Below are positions 42,668 through 55,737 of a DNA stretch of 64,000 nt, piece after piece. The notes below the pieces were generated by a model. That model did not search any database and was not told the origin of the DNA. It worked only from the letters and a program-made list of their open reading frames with translations. The position numbers and the translations under genes are program-made. The stretch covers positions 18,166,001-18,230,000 of the forward strand of contig CM022677.1 in the NCBI GenBank assembly GCA_012295275.1, read 5' to 3'. This DNA is from Chrysomallon squamiferum. Its lineage: Eukaryota > Animalia > Mollusca. Positions within the stretch are counted from its first letter, which is position 1, and each line of letters starts with the position of its first letter.

Positions 42668-42962
42668 AAAGATTTTATAATTAAAAATATACTGCATTAA
42701 GTTTTTTTTTTTTTTTTTTTCTCAAACTGCAAATTCTTTATCGATTCCTGTTGAGAAAGTAGAGTATTATTTTAATAACATGTTACGTTTGTTTCTTCTT
42801 TGTATTTACTTGAAAACGTGCGGATAATGGTAAAGGTAGAAATGAGTTGAAAGAAGTAAAAAGCGGAACTGTAGAAAGAAATTAAGTAACTGATTTTTTT
42901 TGTTTCAGGTCTCTTTCACTTCATAGAAGGGACATCACAAGCTGTTATTATTGTTATTATTA

Positions 42963-43038
<76 letters not shown>

Positions 43039-43409
43039 GTTTGTTTGTACATGCATTTCTTAAATCCCGTGGATATGCGATTTCAGAATACACAAACACA
43101 CACACATACACACACAAACATATTCACATATTGAGATATATACCCATGCACATAGTGTTACATCAGGTACATACAAACATGCACATATACATGCACACAT
43201 ACATACATACATACATACATACATACATACACATATTTACAATATATATATAAACACACACATACATATATTCATACATACAAACATACATACAGACAGA
43301 CAGACAGACAGAAAGACAGACATTCCTCGACAGGTTTTCCACAAAAAAAGGTGGGAAGCGATGATTACAGTTTCAAAGTTGACTTGATGACCCAGATGTA
43401 TTGTCCTCC

Positions 43410-43556
43410 TATTTCGGAGTAGGTGTCACAGGTTCGAGTCTCGTCAGCGGCATCTGACGGGTTTGTGAGTTCGTGATTGGACTTTGTCCTCCTGCGCCAA
43501 TAAGTGCGATCCTGAATATTGTCTGTGTGCAGAGTCTAATCAGACGTACATAAGAC
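43410..43556 (+). mobile_element. tRNA-derived SINE-like repeat
   Basis: GGTTCGAGTC at 43431-43440 plus the shared body ending cagacgtacataagac. Confidence 0.65.
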
Positions 43557-44120
43557 ATGCACTATTTACATAAAGATATTTATATTACATAGCTATACAG
43601 AAACACACACACACACACACTTACTCTCAGTTTGTATACATACATACAAAACAACTGGGGCAAAATTACAAGATAATTTACTTTATAATGGATATCACAA
43701 TCATAGCATGTCTTAGAATTTTTTTGTAATTTAATATATTTACATCAAACTTATTTTGGATGACACGAAAAGTTTCATCAACTATGGCTTTCATTTTTTT
43801 TTTTTTTTTTTTTTTTTTTTTCAAAAGTTTTGTTTCACTGAACTACTAACATAAATTCATACCAGTAGTGTAAACCGGTGAAGGGGCAGAGTCTGGAACA
43901 GGAAAACAAATAGCACATCGACAACAAATTTTTTTTTTTTTTTTATCACTGACGTTAATAGCTGACATTCTGTATAATAATACATCAATATAACACTCAA
44001 AGTCTGGAACCGGAAAACACACAGCTATTTCGACAACATTAACTTAGCAATACCAGTAGTATTCATTGCTCTGTATATTGCACAAATCAAAGGCCTGGAA
44101 CGGGAAAACAAAGAGCATTA

Positions 44121-45263
44121 TCAAGATATCACTGACATTGCAGTACTGTCTGTGTTAACTCTGGACATGCCGTGTTGTCCCGTGGGTGACAATGTTCGCG
44201 TCTGCGCAGTTCGACTCCAAGTCCTTACGAAACACGAACACCTCTTCATCATTATGCTTCTGTAACTCGAAGCGCTTCCTATCAAAATGTAGAAGTTCTG
44301 TGCGAAATTCAGCAGGTAGACGACGTTCCACAGCGGCCACAACGTCTCCCCCAGCCGCAGCGCCGCCGTGTTTCGTCCGATTAATCGCAGAACGCCGTCG
44401 GTGCATTCGGCCACCGAAATCGGCAGCAAGGTGAGAAAGGCCAGGATGGAGACGAGCACCAGAGGTCGCGTCGAGCTGTCTCGCCGGCTGCGATTGGTCG
44501 AGTGTTTCCGCCGCGCGCTCAGGAACGTGTCTCTGAACTGGTGTCCTCGCTTGATGCTGACGATGATGAGGACGTTGAGGACGAGGATGGCGAGGCAGGG
44601 AAGGATGGAGGAGACGAGCAGCCGCATGAAGATGAAGTAATACTGGAAATCCACGGGCGCGTGGCATTCTCCGTGATCGAGTCTCAGTTCGGCGAGGATC
44701 GGAACCGTGGAGACGAACGACACGGCGGACAGGCCCGAGCAGACCACCGCGGCTTTCGTCCGCGTGCACAGCCTGTCACGTGACAGCGGGAAGCACACGC
44801 AGAGGTAGCGGTCGACGGTGAGCCCGACCATCAGCCACGGGGACAGCAGCTTCACGGCGAAGCTGAAGGCGTTGAGAATCTTGCACAGCCAGTCGTTCAC
44901 GTTCGCCAGGACGGCTAAGCTCAGAGCTTTCTCGGTTTCTTCGACGAGAATCACGGTCAGGAGAAACGTGTCCGAGATCGACATGAACCTGAGGTACACG
45001 GAGTAAGAGAGAAACTTCAGCGACCTCTCCGTCATCATCACGTACTGAAGGACGTTGCCGACGGCTCCAAGGACGGCTATGATGACGTCAGCTATCCAGT
45101 AGTCGTGCTCGTGGGGGTGAAAGTGAGGCCACCCGCTCAGGAACAGATCGTTGATGGTGACGGTTTGAATTCCGCTGGTGGTTTCGTTCACGAAAAGTGT
45201 CATTGCTCTGTCGTGGATGTGCCTGTCGTTGTCGTTGAAAGTAATCGTAGAGTTTGGCGTCAT
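44121..45263 (-). CDS. Orphan class A GPCR, subfamily B copy 2, 380 aa from the second ATG (first ATG interrupted by an in-frame TGA)
   Basis: 7TM ORF with VDRY, LPC, STRPLV and NFAQNFY. It is GC/CpG-rich. Acceptor tttttttcAG at 45293-45292. Confidence 0.88.
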   Translation of the reverse strand: MTPNSTITFNDNDRHIHDRAMTLFVNETTSGIQTVTINDLFLSGWPHFHPHEHDYWIADVIIAVLGAVGNVLQYVMMTERSLKFLSYSVYLRFMSISDTFLLTVILVEETEKALSLAVLANVNDWLCKILNAFSFAVKLLSPWLMVGLTVDRYLCVCFPLSRDRLCTRTKAAVVCSGLSAVSFVSTVPILAELRLDHGECHAPVDFQYYFIFMRLLVSSILPCLAILVLNVLIIVSIKRGHQFRDTFLSARRKHSTNRSRRDSSTRPLVLVSILAFLTLLPISVAECTDGVLRLIGRNTAALRLGETLWPLWNVVYLLNFAQNFYILIGSASSYRSIMMKRCSCFVRTWSRTAQTRTLSPTGQHGMSRVNTDSTAMSVIS

Positions 45264-45299
45264 TTCTCAGAACTGTGTCGACATTTGTTGTCTGAAAAA

Positions 45300-45960
45300 A
45301 ATTATCATTAGAAGTAGTTATCATTCCATTATCATTATAATCATTGATATATAGATAAATGATTATTATTATCAACATGAACATCATTGATAATCATTGT
45401 TAGTATCAATACATCATCATCATCATCATCTTGCCATTTATTCATAATCATTACCATCATTCAAGTTATTAGTATCGTCATAATCATTGTTAATAACTGA
45501 TAATTTTAATTAATATCATCATCAACATCATCATCATTATTATCATCATTATTGTGAATATTAGAATCGCCATACTCATCATTTACATACTAACATTTAT
45601 ACTGGCAACTTTATCATTATCATCCAGATCATTATTATCATCATTACCGTCAGCATCAGTATTATTATCTTTATCATTAGCATCATGATTGAACATCGTC
45701 ATAGTCATTATGATCATCATGACTGATATACTTATAATCATAATTAATATTCATCATATTATTACAACCATTATCATCATTACTGACGATATCATCGCGA
45801 TAATAAATCATTATCATCATCACAACATAGCTATCAATATCATAATTATCTGATCATCAGCATTTCCTCACTTTTAACATCAAGGTAACATCAACGTCAA
45901 CATCATCATCATCATCAATCATCAACATCATCACCAAAAGCAACAATTTCTTCATCTTCA
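45300..45960. repeat. Degenerate (ATC/ATT)n low-complexity tract in the B2 intron
   Basis: Directly visible. Confidence 0.8.
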
Positions 45961-46610
45961 TCGTTAGAAAAAAATACCCCACATAAGAAATGATTATGAA
46001 GGTAATTCTGTACTCAGCAAAGAACAGAGATTGTCAACGATTACAAAGAAAAAAAAAACATAATAAAAAATTCAAACGAGATACGATTTGAAGGATAGAT
46101 TGTCAGTTATCTAATCCTTAAACAAATTACCTTTCGACTGTTCTGTATGCAGCATCAAAGGCAAGTATTTGTTCTGTGTTGCATGTTAAAAATAAATAAA
46201 CGGTTCTAATGGTTAAACGCTTCTAATGGACTATTTGCGGTATCTATGTTTGAGTTTCCAGTGATATTAGTTAGGTTTATTACTTCGGGCAAACACGCCA
46301 AGACTAAAATTGATCTCTTTCCGTTCGTACGGCTCCAACATACAGATCGATTTCCCATAAACGTGAGCGTATAGATAAACGTTTCTTAATTAATACGATT
46401 AATGTGAAATAAGGAGGAAAATAAAAATCGGGGCAAATAAAAAAAATAAAATAAAAAAACGGATCATCTTGCTTATTACTGTGGTCTGATTTTTCATGTT
46501 ATTGCTGCACTGATTTGTTTCGTTGTTGTTGTTCGCGTGTTCTGTTCTTATTGCTTTTGTTTTTATTTACCGTATTTTTGTATTATATATATATACTGAA
46601 ATATATAAAC

Positions 46611-46696
<86 letters not shown>

Positions 46697-47031
46697 TTTG
46701 CGCTGATTTGTTTTCTTCTTGTTGTTCTCCATCAGTTTTGTGCTATATATATATAGATATAGATATATATATATAGGTAGGTAGAGAGAAAAAAGAAAGA
46801 GAAAAGGAAGACGAGATAGAGAGAAAAGACTGAAGCAGGACGATAGAGAAAAGTGAAAGAGAGAAATAGAGAAATAGAAAGAGAGGGAGAAAATTTGGTA
46901 AAGAAGAGAATGAGAGAGGGAATGAGAAAAACGGAGAAAAAGTAGTAAAAGGACAGAAAACAAAACAAAAACACAGAAAGAGGGTTGTAATCTGTTTTCT
47001 TAAATGCGCTTAGATGTATGCATATAAGTAT

Positions 47032-47096
<65 letters not shown>

Positions 47097-48212
47097 TTTT
47101 GTTTGTGTAAAAATAGAACCAGGTAGAATTATACAAATTCCCGGAAATGGACAGATGAATACATTGTTGGTGCATCAACTGACAAGACTCAAAGACAGAC
47201 AAATAAACTGATAAACTGATAACTACGTATAATGATAAGTACCTAGACAGGTCTGTGGATTAGATTAACATGCACAAACATAAATACAACCGTACAGACA
47301 CACAGAGACAGAGGTAGATAAAAAAAAAATAGATAGACAGACACTTAGCTATGTAGATAAATAGATATACATACAGACAAACAGACAGAGAGACAGACAT
47401 ACAGATACACGGACAGATATTCAGTGGTAGATGGATGGACAGAGGGAAAAGACAAAAATATTATTCCTGCAGGGATTAACACATAATCTTATGACAAAAC
47501 TGTATTAACAAAATTCATTCATTCATTCATTATTTATCTGTTTGTTTGTTTGTTTATTTATTTATTTATTTGTGTTTGTATTTATTTTTGTTTCGCTTAT
47601 TTATAATGTGAGTTACTTAAAAGTATAACTGCATTAGGTTTGTGATTGTTATTACTTTTCTTATTATTCTGTTTTTTCTTTTCATTTTTATATACATTTC
47701 TTTTTCACTATTCTTCATTGCTGCTTCTATGTTACTCTCATTATTACAACAACTACTGCTACTGCTTCGACAATTATTACTATTACCAATACTGCTACTA
47801 CCACCACTGCAACTACTCCAGCAAGAGTGCAGCGGCTATTACAACTACTACTGTATTACTATTATTACCAGTACAACTACTACGACCACTGCTATTACTA
47901 GTACAATTATTTCTTTATGATTATAACTACTACTACTACTTCTACTAGTACTACTACTACTACTTCTACTAGCACTACTACTGTTACTGCTACATCTACT
48001 ACTACTGGAACTACTATAACTACTACTTCTACCACTAATACTTCTACAACTACTACTACCACTACTATTGTTTTTATATAGCTAAACCAAATTTTATTCT
48101 TTACGAATTTCGTTTCTTCATTTATCATAAATAGTACGCGTAAAATAAATAAGTTTGTTTAAAAGCATATAATAAATAGCCTTGCATATACTTGCATAAA
48201 TAGAGAAAAACT

Positions 48213-48332
<120 letters not shown>

Positions 48333-48381
48333 TTAAATATTTAAATATTTCTGTTTATATTAACACTACTCTTTCACGTAC

Positions 48382-48961
48382 CTGTTATTGTAACAACTCC
48401 TTCACAGAACTAATCCAGATTACTCAAACAAATTCACTTTATGCTGTGTCTGTCCTGACCTTTCAGCCAATCAGATCACGATATACAGTTCTCTTGCTAA
48501 AGCCATTTTATAGTATTGACTTTTCACTAAATAGCTAGAAGCAACAATTTAGTCTATTTACTATTTTCATTAGCAAAAAAAAAAAAAATTAAAAAAAAAA
48601 ATAAAAAATAATAATAAGAAAAAACCCTTGTATATGTAGTTACGAAAGATAATTGACTGTTTTAATCAAAAAATCGTCTTTCCAATTGATATTCATACAC
48701 AGAGGCATTCGTCAATGTAAATTTATCGCGCAAATATTTCGTTATTATCTTGCATCAATATCTTCTTCTTTTTTTTCTTTCTTTCTATGTTCACATGTTG
48801 AAACATTGATTAAAAATACCAGTCTTCGAATTTAATTAATTACGGCTTGTATAACTAATCAAACTTCTCGACGACATTATGCAAAGCCCGTGGTAAAAAT
48901 TTAAAATTAAAATATGACGTTTTCTTTCATCACGTTAATAAGCTGGTTCGTGACCTGGTAA
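48382..48961 (-). promoter_or_regulatory. Promoter and non-coding exon 1 of GPCR B2
   Basis: Minus strand: TTACCAGGTCACGAAC 48961-48946; perfect 18-mer 48932-48915; TGATTGG 48473-48467; CATAAAG 48443-48437; donor CAG|GTACGT at 48381. Confidence 0.65.
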
Positions 48962-49140
48962 CGTTCGTTTTAAAACGTAATATTAGGTTCAATGAATAAA
49001 AAAAATCGATTTCCAGTGCAGAAAAGCAATTTTCGAGAAGAATAATTTAATCATTTGGTTTGGACGATTTTTTTGTTTTTGTTTTTTTTTGTTTGTTTGT
49101 TTTTAATGTTTTATTCTATTATTCTTTAAGCTATTTTAGT

Positions 49141-49171
<31 letters not shown>

Positions 49172-49891
49172 TTTTGTTTATTTATTTATTTATTTGTTTA
49201 TTTATTTATTTATTTGTTTCTTTGTTTCTTTATTTATTTGTTTATTTTTTGTTTGTTTGTTTGTTTGCTTGTTTATTTATTTATTTGTTTCTTTGTTTCT
49301 TTATTTATTTGTTTATTTGTTTATTTATTTATTATTGTTATTATTATTTTATATTGCTAGTGATGCTACTACTAATTCTTCTTTTCTCCCTCCTCTCCGT
49401 CCTCTCCCCCTCCTCTTACTTACAACTACTGGTTGCATTGGATGTGATAGAATTCGTAAATATACAATAGTAGTAATAATAATAGTAGTAGTAGTGCAGT
49501 ACTAGTACTAGTATTAGTGATATTTGGTGTAGTAGTAGTAATACTAGTAGGAGTAGTATTAGCAGTAATAATAATTATAATTGTAGTAGTAGCAGTGCTT
49601 TTAGCAGCACTTATAGTAGTAGTAGTAGTAGTAATAGCAGAAGTAGTAATGGTAGTAGTAATAGCAGTAACAGTAGTGGTATTATTAGTAGAAGTAGTAC
49701 TAGTAATAGTGGTAGTGTAGTAAGAGTAATTGTAATACTATAAGTAGAAATACTGTAATACAGTAGCAGCAATGGTAGAATTCGTAGTAGTAGCAGTAAT
49801 GGCTGTATTTGTTGTAGTTGTCGTTCTGTTTGTTGTTATAATTGCAGGAGCAGCAGTAGTGGTAGTAGGAGTAATAGCGACGTAAAAATAC

Positions 49892-49947
<56 letters not shown>

Positions 49948-50347
49948 ATTATTAAACAGTAGTAGTCATACTACTAGTTGCAGTAATAGAAATATGGAGT
50001 GTAAAACAGAAGAAGAAGAAGGAGATCATATTAATATGCAGATAACGAGTCTAGGAAACAAGGAAAGATTTATGGGTTGCACACACGTCATCAACTGATG
50101 GTTTACATAATAGAACTCCGTGACTCGTGATCATTAGAAAAGTAATATGTTTAAAACTATCTGTTCTTTAATGTTCAGTTTAACCCTGTTTTAAAACCAG
50201 TAGTAAGCGATATTTTATTATTATAAATAAATAGTTGAAAAAAAAAAATAAATACAAAATAAATAAATAGATAAATAAATAAATAAATAAGTAAGTAAAT
50301 AAATAAATAAATAAATAAATAAATAGGTAAATAAATGATTAAACAAA

Positions 50348-50386
<39 letters not shown>

Positions 50387-51019
50387 ATAGACAGACAGAC
50401 AGACAGGCAGACAGACTCCTAATTTCTCTTTTTACAATTATATTATTTTATATTTTACTTCGTGTAACGAAATGGTGTAGCTTTTTATAAAATAATATAA
50501 AATATATATCTGTATTTTCTTCTTCTTTTTTTGTTTCTTCTTGTCCATGTGTCTATCGGTTCCATCAATCTCTCTATCTCTCTGTTCTCCTCTCTATCTT
50601 TTTATCTATCTGTGCATTCATCCATATCTCTCTATCTATCTATCTGTATTTCAGTCATCATCTCTTTTTGTCTATATATCTATCTACCCCTCTCTGTATC
50701 TGCTAACACTTTTTCTATCTATGTATTTGTTTCTGTTTCTGCCTGCCTGTCTGTCTATGTAATATTTTTTCTAGTTATCGATATACCTGTGGAGATTTAT
50801 CAATAGCCTGTCTTTTTGTCTTCTGTATATTTATCTACTCATCTCTGTTTCTGCCTCTCTGTGTGTCTGTATGTCTCTCTGCCTTCCTGTTTGTCTCTCT
50901 GCCTCTCTATCTATATCTAGCTATCTATATATCTAATCATAGATACGTCAGTGTCTTTGTCTTTTTTATCTATCTGCTATCTAACAGTATCTCCATCAGT
51001 CTCTCTATATATCTTATAT

Positions 51020-51360
51020 ATAAATATATATATATGTATGTATGTATGTATATGTATGTATGTTTGTATGTATGTATGTATATATATATATATGTGTATG
51101 TATGTATGTATGTATATATATATGTATGTATGTATATATATGTATGTATGTATGTATATATATATATGTATGTATGTATATTTATGTATGTATGTATATG
51201 TATGTATGTATGTATGTATGTATATACATGTATCTATGTATGTATGTATATATATATGTATGTATGTATGTATATATATGTATGTATATATGTATGTATA
51301 TATGTACGTATGTCTGTCTGTCTGTCTGTATGTATGTATATATATATGTATGTATGTATG
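51020..51360. repeat. Compound (TATG)/(TA)n microsatellite
   Basis: Directly visible. It produces the MYVC-type ORFs in the track. Confidence 0.9.
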
Positions 51361-52660
51361 TCCCTTTTCTGTCTGGATCATCAAACACACAATTTGTTTT
51401 TCAAGTACACAAAGGATGAATAATTATTATCATCGTTATTTTATTTCTGACGTTTTCTTAAATGTTTTTGTTGTTGTTATTGTTGTTGTTGTTGTGTATG
51501 TGTGTGTTTCCACCTTCCTTTTGTTTGATTTGATAGTTTCAGGGAGAAGCTCTTGTGTGTACTTTTATGTTTGTATGATAACTGTGTTTGTATGAGTATA
51601 TGTGTAGATGTGAATGTATGTCTGTGTGTGTATGCTCTGTCTGTATATGTGTATATGTGTATGTGTGTGTGTGTATATGTGTATATGTGTGTGTGTAATC
51701 GATCATTCTATTTAAATATTTGAACGGTTCAGAGTCTGGAGGCAGGACTAAAACATAATGATTTGCAGGATGAATTATCTCCCTTTCACATTTTCCAGTT
51801 CCAAAGAGTGCTCTATAATTAGTTGCAGTATGCGATGTTGAAAGGTGAAAGTAAAAAAAAAATAAAAAAAATATGTCAACAAGAAAAGAGTAAACAATTG
51901 CGAGTGATTGTGTATTACTTCAACCGTCCTAATATAAGGTCATATGTATGACGTCGTATGTATGACCTCATATTTATGTGTATGAATGACGTCATATTTA
52001 CGTCGTCATATAGTCATAGACTGACATGTTTCGAGCGTTAGCTTAAATAAAACGCATCCAATTCTCTTTGTTTGGACCTGTTCATATATACATATATGTG
52101 TATATATTTCTCTCCATTTCTTTTGCTTTGTTTATTTGTCTGTCTAGCATACCTTTCACAGATTGTCAATTATAGCAGAGAAAAAAACAAAAACGAACGT
52201 GAAAACAAAATAAGAAGAAGAAGAAAGAAAAGACTGCAATGATTATGGAGATGATGATAATGATGATTATGATGATAAAGGATATGACCCGTGAAATAAA
52301 TATGATAAAAACAAAAGAAAACAAAAAGCATCCATAATAACGTATAAATCACAAAACGAAAGAAACAACAACACATCCACACACACAAAATAATAATAAT
52401 AATAACAACAACAACAATAACAACAACAACAACAACTAATAAATGTCCAAGCCTTTATTCAGATTTGTTTAGAACATAAAATATAATCAGTATTTACCTA
52501 TCAACAATCACATTAAAGATTTTATACCAATTACATTTTACACATTTACGAACACAACGATACAATTTACAATACGAAGACATATATCATATGATAGAAA
52601 CAATAGCAGATCAAATACAGTAAGAAATAAATCCAGACGAAATAATAATAATAACAATAT

Positions 52661-52768
<108 letters not shown>

Positions 52769-52802
52769 GTAAATAATGTAAATAGTAATATATTATTTAT
52801 AA

Positions 52803-52849
<47 letters not shown>

Positions 52850-53040
52850 AACTAAACTAAACTAAACTAAACTAAACTAATACATGAAATACAAGCTAAC
52901 ATAATTATTGTTATGAAAAACGTCTGATATCCGTTTTTAAGAAAATCAAATTCTTATATTCAAATTTATTATTCCCGCTGCCGACATAGAAGTGACATAA
53001 CCACTGCAGTTTTTAAACCACGTTGCTTTTGTTAAACGTA

Positions 53041-53170
53041 GTGATTATCGATACATCTAGCGAATTTCTATAAACCTTGCGATTATCGATAAACCTGGCG
53101 ATTTTCGATAAATTAGCGATTATCGATAAACCTGGCGATATTCGATAAATTAGCGATTATCGATAAACTT
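53041..53170. repeat. 18-19-bp minisatellite (7 units) containing TATCGATA palindromes
   Basis: Alternating units gcgattatcgataaacctg / gcgattttcgataaatta. Confidence 0.85.
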
Positions 53171-53185
53171 GAAATAACAGTGTAA

Positions 53186-53230
<45 letters not shown>

Positions 53231-53248
53231 TTTTTGTTATTATTATTA

Positions 53249-54379
53249 TTAAGAAAAGGTAGAATCGATCACATTCTCAGATACAACAGAACACGAGAGC
53301 GCATTGACGGCACCTTCCACCGAAGTAGAACAGGGTACATTTTTCTCTCTCTCTTTTCCTGTCTTTCCGACAACATCTAAACTTACTCCTCATAATATTC
53401 CTGTAATTATAAGCACTCCCAACAAGAATGTAAAAAGTCTGCGCGAAGCTCAATCTGTATATCACGTTCCAAACAGGCCAGAGCTCTTCTCCCAGTCTCT
53501 CCGCAGCTGGATTCAGTCTCGTCAGTTTCAAGATGGCGTCGGCGGTTTCTGCGACCGACACCGGAAGCAGCGTGACGAAAGCGAGGCCGGAAATGAAAAT
53601 AAGAGGTCGCGTGGCGCTTTCCTGCCTGTGACGTGAACTCAGGAAAAGGTGCTCCTGAATTTCTTGCTCCTCTGGATTCGGACGATGATCGCAGTGTTCA
53701 GGATCAGGATGAAGAAACACGGAAGGAGGGAGGAAAGAAAGAGACGAATGAAAATCAAGTAATACTCGAGATCGTCCGGGCCTGCGCACTCGCCGTTTCG
53801 CAGCTGCAGCTGAACCAGAACCGGCAGAACGAACACCACCGACAGACAAACCAAAAACAAACAGACGGCACCCGCTTTCGTCCGGGTGCACAGCCTGTCA
53901 CGTGACAGAGGGAAACAGACGACGACGGATCTGTCGAGCGTCAGTCCCACCATCAACCACGGCGACAGCAGCTTTGTAGAGAACCTGAACCAGTTTAACA
54001 GTTTGCACGAAAGATCGTTCGTGTTCGTAACTGTTCGGAGTCCGAATCCTTCTTCGGTGGATTCGAGAAACACGGCTATCAAAACCAAAGTGTCTGAAAC
54101 TGAGAGAAACTTCAGATACACGGAGTAGGAGAGAAATTCAATACTTCTGTCACACATCAGGATAAACTGGAGCACATTACCGATGGAGCCCATTACAATG
54201 ATAAACAAGTCAACAGCCCAGTATCCCAGTCCATAGGAATGAAAGTGAGGCCATCCGCTGAGAAACAACTCATTGTTTTCGTAGTCGTTGTTGTTGTTGA
54301 GTACGGTGGAACTGTCGTATATGATGCTGTTGTTGTAATTGGTGAAAAGGTTTTCTGGAAATTCTGTTGAAAATGCCAT
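53249..54379 (-). pseudogene. Subfamily B GPCR copy 3, frameshifted (probable pseudogene)
   Basis: TM1-5 are in ORF 54379-53639 and TM6-7 continue in another frame after a T-run at 53647-53644. There is a probable second shift in the GA run at about 53357-53341. DRY has become DRS and TM7 LLNFAQNF has become RLSFAQTF. Acceptor AG at 54410-54409. Confidence 0.8.
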
Positions 54380-54423
54380 TGCGTAATAAACCGTTAGGGT
54401 GAGTTAAGCTGAAAGAAAAGTAA

Positions 54424-54459
<36 letters not shown>

Positions 54460-54635
54460 TAAATAAATTAAGTACCAGTAGTTGTAGTAGTAGTATTAGA
54501 AGGAGCAGCAGAAATAGTAGTAGTAGTAATAAAAGTAGTAGTAATGGTAGTGACACGTTTAATTTTGATTACAACTTTAAGTGATATAAATCATAATCTA
54601 TTCAAATCATGAACATCACTGTTAAGCTTGTTTCA

Positions 54636-54677
<42 letters not shown>

Positions 54678-54776
54678 TGTGAGTATTTATACTGCTGTAT
54701 AAGGTATTAATTATATCAACGTGTATTGATTTAGTTTTACCGTTTTGCTATAAAATTATGTAATGTATTAGTCAAA

Positions 54777-54813
<37 letters not shown>

Positions 54814-54842
54814 CACATCAGTGTTAAAAAAATTAAAATTGG

Positions 54843-54878
<36 letters not shown>

Positions 54879-55555
54879 TATTATTATTATTATTATTATT
54901 ACATAAGCTAAGATATTTATTCAGTAATTGTTAGTATATTTCAGAGATTCTGTTCACACTGAAATTTAAAAAGCAAGGGAATAGTTTATGAATTTTAAAC
55001 CATATTCCTTTGTTTTGTAAAATGTTAAATATGTGTTCAAACTTAATTATTTAATTTAATTATTCATCTGAGTATTTGTTGTTTGTCTGTCTGTCTGTTT
55101 GTTTGCTTGCCTATTTATTTATTTATTTTTTTATTTATTTATTTATCTATTTATCTATTCAACTGTCTTTCTATCTGTGTGTCTTTCTATGTATCCACCT
55201 ATGTACATCTTAATTGGATACTTATTTAAATAAAATCAGTAATATCCAAGATAATTAAATACACTTAAGGTAATTTACATCTGGCACATATATGTATAGT
55301 ATTACCCTGTATATTCATTAACGATGTTTTATTAATGAACAATACAAAAATGATTAATTTTGATATATTTACTCACAGCAAAACGTTTTCTTTTATTTAT
55401 GTATTTATTTACTTACTTACTTACGTATTTATTTAATTTTATTCCGTGATTAAAGGAAGATAGAGATATAAGTCTATATACAGAGACATGGAAACAGATG
55501 ACCACTGTTTTATATATATATATATACATATATATATATACATACATACACACAG

Positions 55556-55588
<33 letters not shown>

Positions 55589-55628
55589 CATACGTACATA
55601 TATACACACATGCACATTATATAAATGT

Positions 55629-55737
<109 letters not shown>

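Noticed and set aside
43410-43460. tRNA gene (GGTTCGAGTC)
   Set aside because: No cloverleaf or A box is recognisable. The motif belongs to a four-copy dispersed repeat.
53041-53170. CRISPR-like array of short palindromic repeats
   Set aside because: The units are head-to-tail with no unique spacers, the context is eukaryotic and there are no cas genes.
53185-53230. Poly(A) tail suggesting B3 is a retrocopy
   Set aside because: B3 retains the 5'-UTR intron, acceptor and promoter module, and long A/T runs are ubiquitous here.
53639-53660. Small intron explaining the B3/B4 frameshifts
   Set aside because: The sequence is colinear with intact paralogs across the site, leaving no room for a GT-AG intron.
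55365-55385. Additional GTGAGT/GTAATT donor-like sites inside the B3 and B2 introns (also about 46130)
   Set aside because: No associated promoter motifs or conserved acceptor support extra exons.
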